Assembly (NCBI GenBank): GCA_045805065.1
Contig: JBJMMA010000229.1
Coordinates: 1 to 11,051, forward strand
Length of the DNA: 11,051 bases
Reading direction: 5' to 3'
DNA from: Bdellovibrionia bacterium
Lineage (GTDB): Bacteria; Bdellovibrionota; UBA1018
The position numbers and the translations under genes were made by a program. This document shows positions 6,677 to 11,051 of this stretch, in pieces. Position 1 is the stretch's first letter. Every line of letters begins with the position of its first letter. Below the pieces are notes generated by a model that was given only the letters and a program-made list of their open reading frames with translations, made no database searches and was not told the DNA's origin.

Positions 6677-8038
6677 TTATTGAGAGATCTGAAACGCGAG
6701 TTCCAAGGCCTGAGTGGCATTGAGCCTTGGGTCACAAAGGGTTTCGTAAAGGCCCTCCGCCAGATGCTCTTCCTTGATGGCTTGATCGCCGCCCAGACAC
6801 TCGACGACGTCACGGCCGGTGAGCTCAAAATGAACTCCACCCGCGTAGGTGCCTTCTGCTTGATGAATGGCGAAAAAGGACTTCACTTCACTGAGGATGT
6901 GCTGGAAGTTCCGGGTTTTGTATCCGTTGGATGCGGTGACTGTATTTCCATGCATCGGATCGCAGCACCAGACCACTTCGCGGCACTCATTGCGAACGCG
7001 TTGAATCAGGGGCGGGAGACCTTTGGCGATCTTTTCATGACCCATGCGGGTAATCAGAGTGAGACGGCCTGGCTCGTTCTCAGGATTTAAAATATCAATG
7101 AGTCGCATCAGATCGTCAGGGGACATGTTCGGGCCGCATTTGACCCCGATCGGATTTTTAATTCCTCTTAGGAACTCGACGTGAGCTCCATCTGGCTGGC
7201 GAGTTCTTTCGCCCAACCAAAGCATATGTGCCGAGCAGTCATACCAGTCGCCTGCGTATCCTTCCTCGGTCCGAGCCGTTGTACTGTCCTGACGAGTCAA
7301 CGCCTGCTCATAGGGAAGTAGAAGCGCTTCATGAGAGGTATAGAATTCGACTTCGCGAATGGCCTGAGTGTTGGCGCTAGTGACGCCAACGGCTGCCATG
7401 AACGCAAGAGTTTCATCCAGGCGCTTGGCCAAGTCATTATAACGAGCGGTTTGCGCGCTCTTTTTCACAAAGTCCAGGTTCCAGGCATGGATCTGGTGAA
7501 GATCCGCGTATCCACCGCGCGAGAAAGCTCGAAGAAGATTCAGAGTGGAAGCGGATTGAACGTAAGCACGCTCCATTCGCTCTGGATCTGGAATGCGGGA
7601 TTTCTCATCAAAGGGGTTTCCGTTGATGATATCGCCGCGGTAAACGGGAAGAGTCACGCCGTCACGAGTCTCGTTTCCATTAGAACGAGGCTTGGCGAAC
7701 TGGCCAGCCATTCGTCCCACTTTCACGATGGGGCGCTTGGCACTGAATGTCAGCACAACAGCCATTTGAAGAAGAACGCGGAAGGTGTCGCGAATTGTAT
7801 TGGCGCGGAAGTCACCAAAGCTTTCAGCGCAATCGCCCCCTTGCAGGAGAAAGGCGCGTCCTTCCGCAACGTCGGCAAGCTTTTCTTTCAGGCTTCTGGC
7901 TTCGCCCGCAAAGACGAGGGGAGGATAAGAAGCAAGACGCGCCTCAACTTGAGCAAGCTTGGCTTGATCCGGGTAAGTCGGCATTTGCTCGGCTTTTTTG
8001 CTTTTCCAGCTGTCAGGGCTCCAGTTATTGGTCGTCAC
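6677..8038 (-). CDS. class II (plant-type) 3-deoxy-7-phosphoheptulonate (DAHP) synthase
   Basis: W.P.SW..K...[62 protein letters not shown] and CDPRLN. GTG start with SD-like GAGG inside the upstream CM gene. Confidence 0.97.
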   Translation of the reverse strand: MTTNNWSPDSWKSKKAEQMPTYPDQAKLAQVEARLASYPPLVFAGEARSLKEKLADVAEGRAFLLQGGDCAESFGDFRANTIRDTFRVLLQMAVVLTFSAKRPIVKVGRMAGQFAKPRSNGNETRDGVTLPVYRGDIINGNPFDEKSRIPDPERMERAYVQSASTLNLLRAFSRGGYADLHQIHAWNLDFVKKSAQTARYNDLAKRLDETLAFMAAVGVTSANTQAIREVEFYTSHEALLLPYEQALTRQDSTTARTEEGYAGDWYDCSAHMLWLGERTRQPDGAHVEFLRGIKNPIGVKCGPNMSPDDLMRLIDILNPENEPGRLTLITRMGHEKIAKGLPPLIQRVRNECREVVWCCDPMHGNTVTASNGYKTRNFQHILSEVKSFFAIHQAEGTYAGGVHFELTGRDVVECLGGDQAIKEEHLAEGLYETLCDPRLNATQALELAFQISQ

Positions 8039-8040
8039 GG

Positions 8041-8322
8041 CTATTTCCTCTTTCTCTGCAGTCGAAGCGCTTCACGATGAATGAGATCAAAGAGATCCTT
8101 CGTAAAGCGTTTGTTTAATTCTTGGCTTTCGGCAAGCGCCATTCGGTCCCGCATCAGCTGTCTCCAGCGCCCTTTTTGGACCAGCGGAAGATCGTGCTCT
8201 TTTTTATAGCGAGCGATCTCAAGAACGATTTTCATTCGGCCACCGAGGGCCTTGAGAAGCTCGCGGTCGGCGCGATCGATCTTGCTTCGAAGTTTTGCAA
8301 GCTTTGCATGTGAATCAGCCAT
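8041..8322 (-). CDS. aroQ: stand-alone AroQ-class chorismate mutase (CM_2)
   Basis: L..LR..ID..D..LL..L..R....I..YK.....P......R pattern in a 93-aa helical protein within the aromatic operon. Confidence 0.92.
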   Translation of the reverse strand: MADSHAKLAKLRSKIDRADRELLKALGGRMKIVLEIARYKKEHDLPLVQKGRWRQLMRDRMALAESQELNKRFTKDLFDLIHREALRLQRKRK

Positions 8323-8328
8323 CTTGAG

Positions 8329-9195
8329 TTATCCTTTTTTGAGGACTCGACGAATCTGGTTAGCGTTTTTCATGAGCGCTAAGCATTGTTGTTTTTCTTC
8401 GGATTCAGGACCGCTCAGGGCCGCGATTCCTTCACGGAAGCGATAAAGATGATCAATGTAGCCATCCAATGCATCGAGAATGTTTTCGCGATTTTGATCA
8501 AAGATCGGAAGCCACATCTCAGGTGAGCTTTTGGCAAGACGTACGGTGGATTCAAAACCACCGCCGGCCAGGTCAAAGATCGTGTTGACGTTCTTTTCCT
8601 TGTCTAAAACAACGTTTGCGAGCGCAAAGGAGCTCAGGTGCGACAAGTGAGAGACAAAGGCGACTTTCAAGTCGTGCTCGCTTGCAGCCATCTCAATGAG
8701 CCTCATTCCAAGCGCATGATACATGTCTCTTACGATTTTCAGATGTCTCGGATCTGATTTGTCTGGGTCACAGATCACTGCCGTCTTTCCCATGAACAAG
8801 CCTTCCAGGGCAGCTTGAGGTCCCGAGTTCTCGGTACCTGCCATGGGATGCGAGGCAACGTAATTTCTGCGTTTCGGATGGTTTTCAACTGCACGCGATA
8901 CCTGTTCTTTGGTGGAGCCCATGTCCGTGATCGTCGTACCGTCCATCGATAAATCCAGGATTCCTGGCAGCATGCTCACCATGGCGCCAACAGGCACGGC
9001 AAGAATGACAAGATCGGCGTCCTGCACGGCAACGGGAAGGGGTTCCAATCGATCCACGATTGCAAGCTCGAGTGCTTGCTTGCAGTGCTCAAGCGAAGCG
9101 TCAACGCCGATGACTTCTTTTGCAAAGCCACTGCGTTTGAGATCAATCGCAATGGATCCGCCGATGAGCCCAAGCCCAATGACTGCTATTCTCAT
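8329..9195 (-). CDS. tyrA: prephenate/arogenate dehydrogenase
   Basis: Rossmann GLGLIGGS with Asp at the end of strand 2, DMGSTK, SHPMAGTE.SG, HD...AFVSHL.H and GGFESTVRLAKSSPEMW. SD AAGGAG and ATGA overlap with the upstream gene. Confidence 0.95.
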   Translation of the reverse strand: MRIAVIGLGLIGGSIAIDLKRSGFAKEVIGVDASLEHCKQALELAIVDRLEPLPVAVQDADLVILAVPVGAMVSMLPGILDLSMDGTTITDMGSTKEQVSRAVENHPKRRNYVASHPMAGTENSGPQAALEGLFMGKTAVICDPDKSDPRHLKIVRDMYHALGMRLIEMAASEHDLKVAFVSHLSHLSSFALANVVLDKEKNVNTIFDLAGGGFESTVRLAKSSPEMWLPIFDQNRENILDALDGYIDHLYRFREGIAALSGPESEEKQQCLALMKNANQIRRVLKKG

Positions 9196-10382
9196 TTGCG
9201 CTCCTTAGCTTGAGCAGGAGATTGAATGGCATCGATTCTGCGAAGCGCTTCTTTGAGCGTGTCTACAGATCCGCACAGGGAAGAACGCGCATAGCGATTG
9301 CCGTTGGATCCAAAGATCATCCCGGGTGTGAGGAAAACGCGTGCGTTCTCCAAAATCGTATCGAGAAAGGCTGGGACATCGGGAATCGTCGCAGGCGCTT
9401 TTGCCCAGACAAAGAGTCCTACTGCCTTGCGATCGTATTGAAAGCCCAGGCGATCAAAGATTTTCCAGACCACATCACGTCGCTCTTTATAGATCTCGTT
9501 TCGCTCCTCATGCCAGGAGTCAGGAAGATGGAGTGCTTTCTCGGCGCCAGCTTGAACGGCGCTGAACATTCCAGAGTCCACATTGCTCTTTACTTGGAGA
9601 ACGGCGTCAATGACTTGAGAATTTGCCAGGAGCATTCCCACGCGCCAACCCGCCATATTGAAGGCCTTGCTCATGGAGTTGAGCTCCAGGCTCCATTCTT
9701 TGGTGAGGTCCGCTTCCAGAATGCTTAACGGCTTTTCCTGATTCAGGATCCAGCCATAAGGATTGTCATGGCAGATCAGGATGTTTTTACGTCTGCCAAA
9801 ATCAATCAGGCGATCAAAGAGCGCGCGATTTGCGGGAGCCCCAGTTGGCATGTGAGGGTAGTTGACCCACATGATCTTGCAGCGAGATAGGTCTTCCTTC
9901 TCAAGCTGCTCCCAGTCGGGTTCCCAACCATCTTTCTCGTTGAGGTCATAAAGCCTTGCCTTGGCGCCGATCATGGACGTCACGGAGGAGTAGGCAGGGT
10001 AACCTGGGTTTGGAACCAGCGCTTCATCGCCAGGATTCAGATAGGCGAGCGAGATGTAGAGGATTCCTTCCTTGGATCCCAAAAGGGGAAGGACTTCCTG
10101 GTTGGCATCCACGCTCACGCCATAGCCCTTCTGATACCACTCGGCCATAGCGCGTCGTAGTTCAGGGCTCGAGCGATAAGGTGCGTACCCATGCGCGTTC
10201 TTTTGGTGAAGGGCATTTGCCGTTGCATCGAGTACTTCAGAAGCGGGAGAGAGATCCGGGCTTCCAATACCCAGATTGATGACAGGCGTACCGCCTGCGG
10301 CGTTCATCTGGCGAATCTGCTCAAGCTTCTTTGAGAAGTAGTATTCTTGGGTGCCTTTGAGGCGATCTGCGGGCTGAATCAT
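9192..10382 (-). CDS. PLP-dependent class I/II aminotransferase (DapL-like; probably aromatic/prephenate aminotransferase by context)
   Basis: VINLGIGSPD, GSKEG, PNPGYPAY, NYPHMPTG, DNPY and PLP lysine in SMSKAFNMAGWRVG. Coupled to pheA and tyrA by ATGA overlaps. Substrate is inferred from context only. Confidence 0.9.
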   Translation of the reverse strand: MIQPADRLKGTQEYYFSKKLEQIRQMNAAGGTPVINLGIGSPDLSPASEVLDATANALHQKNAHGYAPYRSSPELRRAMAEWYQKGYGVSVDANQEVLPLLGSKEGILYISLAYLNPGDEALVPNPGYPAYSSVTSMIGAKARLYDLNEKDGWEPDWEQLEKEDLSRCKIMWVNYPHMPTGAPANRALFDRLIDFGRRKNILICHDNPYGWILNQEKPLSILEADLTKEWSLELNSMSKAFNMAGWRVGMLLANSQVIDAVLQVKSNVDSGMFSAVQAGAEKALHLPDSWHEERNEIYKERRDVVWKIFDRLGFQYDRKAVGLFVWAKAPATIPDVPAFLDTILENARVFLTPGMIFGSNGNRYARSSLCGSVDTLKEALRRIDAIQSPAQAKERK

Positions 10383-11050
10383 ACGCGGATGCGCCTTTCT
10401 CCGCGCGCATAATCCCCAAAGTGAATCAGGCGGTCAGCACGTTGCTCGAGAAGTTTCAGTGCTTGTTGATATTGGGCGGAATCCTTCCACTCGAGATCGA
10501 CGTGAAAGGCATACTCATAGGGTCTGCCTGGGATCACGACGGATTGAAGCTTCGTCATATTGACGTGATTTTGATCGAGGACTTCCAGGATCTTCACCAG
10601 ACTCCCTGGATGATCGGGCGCTTCAAAGCAGATCGAGGATTTGTTTGCCTGTGGATTGGGTTGGTAATCATCGCTTCGGCAGATGACAAGAAAGCGGGTC
10701 ATATTCTGCTGATTGGATTGAATTCCCGAAGCTAAAATCTCAAGTCCATAGGTTTCCGCAGCGAGCCGACTTGCGATCGCAGCCTGGCCCTTTAAGTTTT
10801 TTTCTCGGACATCTTTTGCGCTTTCTGCGGTATCGGTTCCTTCCAGAACCTTGATGTGAGGGTGCGACAAAAGAAAGTCCTGGCACTGAAGAAGCGCCAT
10901 TGGATGGCTTTGGACGGTGTGAATCTGATCGATGCTCTGGCCAGGAAGCGCCATGAAGTTCATCTCAATCGTCAGATAAACCTCGCCGATGATCTTAAAA
11001 CGATGGGCTTCTAAAAGTGAGTAGTTGGGCAAAATGCTGCCTGCGATGGA
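10379..11050 (-). CDS. pheA: prephenate dehydratase with C-terminal ACT domain, 5' end outside the window
   Basis: The frame stays open to the window edge (..SIAGSILPNY). SHPMALLQC, DTAESA, AAIAS..AA..YGL, NMTRF and ACT-domain PGSL..L......VNMTKLQS. Confidence 0.94.
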   Translation of the reverse strand, partial: SIAGSILPNYSLLEAHRFKIIGEVYLTIEMNFMALPGQSIDQIHTVQSHPMALLQCQDFLLSHPHIKVLEGTDTAESAKDVREKNLKGQAAIASRLAAETYGLEILASGIQSNQQNMTRFLVICRSDDYQPNPQANKSSICFEAPDHPGSLVKILEVLDQNHVNMTKLQSVVIPGRPYEYAFHVDLEWKDSAQYQQALKLLEQRADRLIHFGDYARGERRIRV

Positions 11051-11051
11051 G

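Noticed and set aside
6677..8038. Class II DAHP synthase plus CM, aminotransferase and dehydrogenase as a secondary-metabolite (phenazine, aminoshikimate or p-aminophenylalanine) cluster
   Set aside because: The synthase is the long primary-metabolism form, a true PDT-ACT gene is present, and no pab/phz/NRPS/PKS genes are in the window.
7331..8080. 249-aa + strand ORF (and 6680-7090, 7747-8118) opposite the DAHP synthase gene
   Set aside because: Antisense shadows of a highly conserved enzyme gene with no recognisable domain.
9210..9728. 172-aa + strand ORF and other short ORFs opposite the aminotransferase, tyrA and pheA genes
   Set aside because: Antisense shadows of confidently assigned enzymes.
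11030..11032. TTG start of pheA given by the ORF track
   Set aside because: Window-edge artefact: the frame is open to the end and conserved residues (SIAGSI) precede it.
1..11051. CRISPR arrays, tRNA/rRNA, IS elements, prophage or defence genes
   Set aside because: Intergenic gaps are at most about 150 nt, with no repeat-spacer pattern, cloverleaf, or transposase/integrase/nuclease motif seen.

Overview
Bacterial chromosomal housekeeping window with about 12 tightly packed CDSs and no sign of mobile elements, CRISPR arrays or RNA genes. The + strand carries a POT/PTR2 peptide:H+ symporter, a bidirectional terminator, cysE-cysK (ATGA overlap), a stand-alone FusB/FBP_C-type Cys4 zinc-finger protein and an EntS/DHA3-like MFS exporter. 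A divergent LysR (-)/yceI (+) pair and a second bidirectional terminator follow. The - strand then carries a translationally coupled aromatic amino acid operon: pheA (cut by the window edge), a PLP aminotransferase, tyrA, a stand-alone AroQ chorismate mutase and a class II DAHP synthase. I see no convincing new system. The best leads are the apparently mosaic aromatic operon (Bacteroidota-like genes and a free CM next to a class II DAHP synthase), the orphan zinc-finger gene with a likely leaderless promoter, a POT transporter apparently lacking the HA/HB helices, and an 11-bp-period triple repeat spanning two convergent stop codons. All family calls rest on recalled motifs, not database searches.
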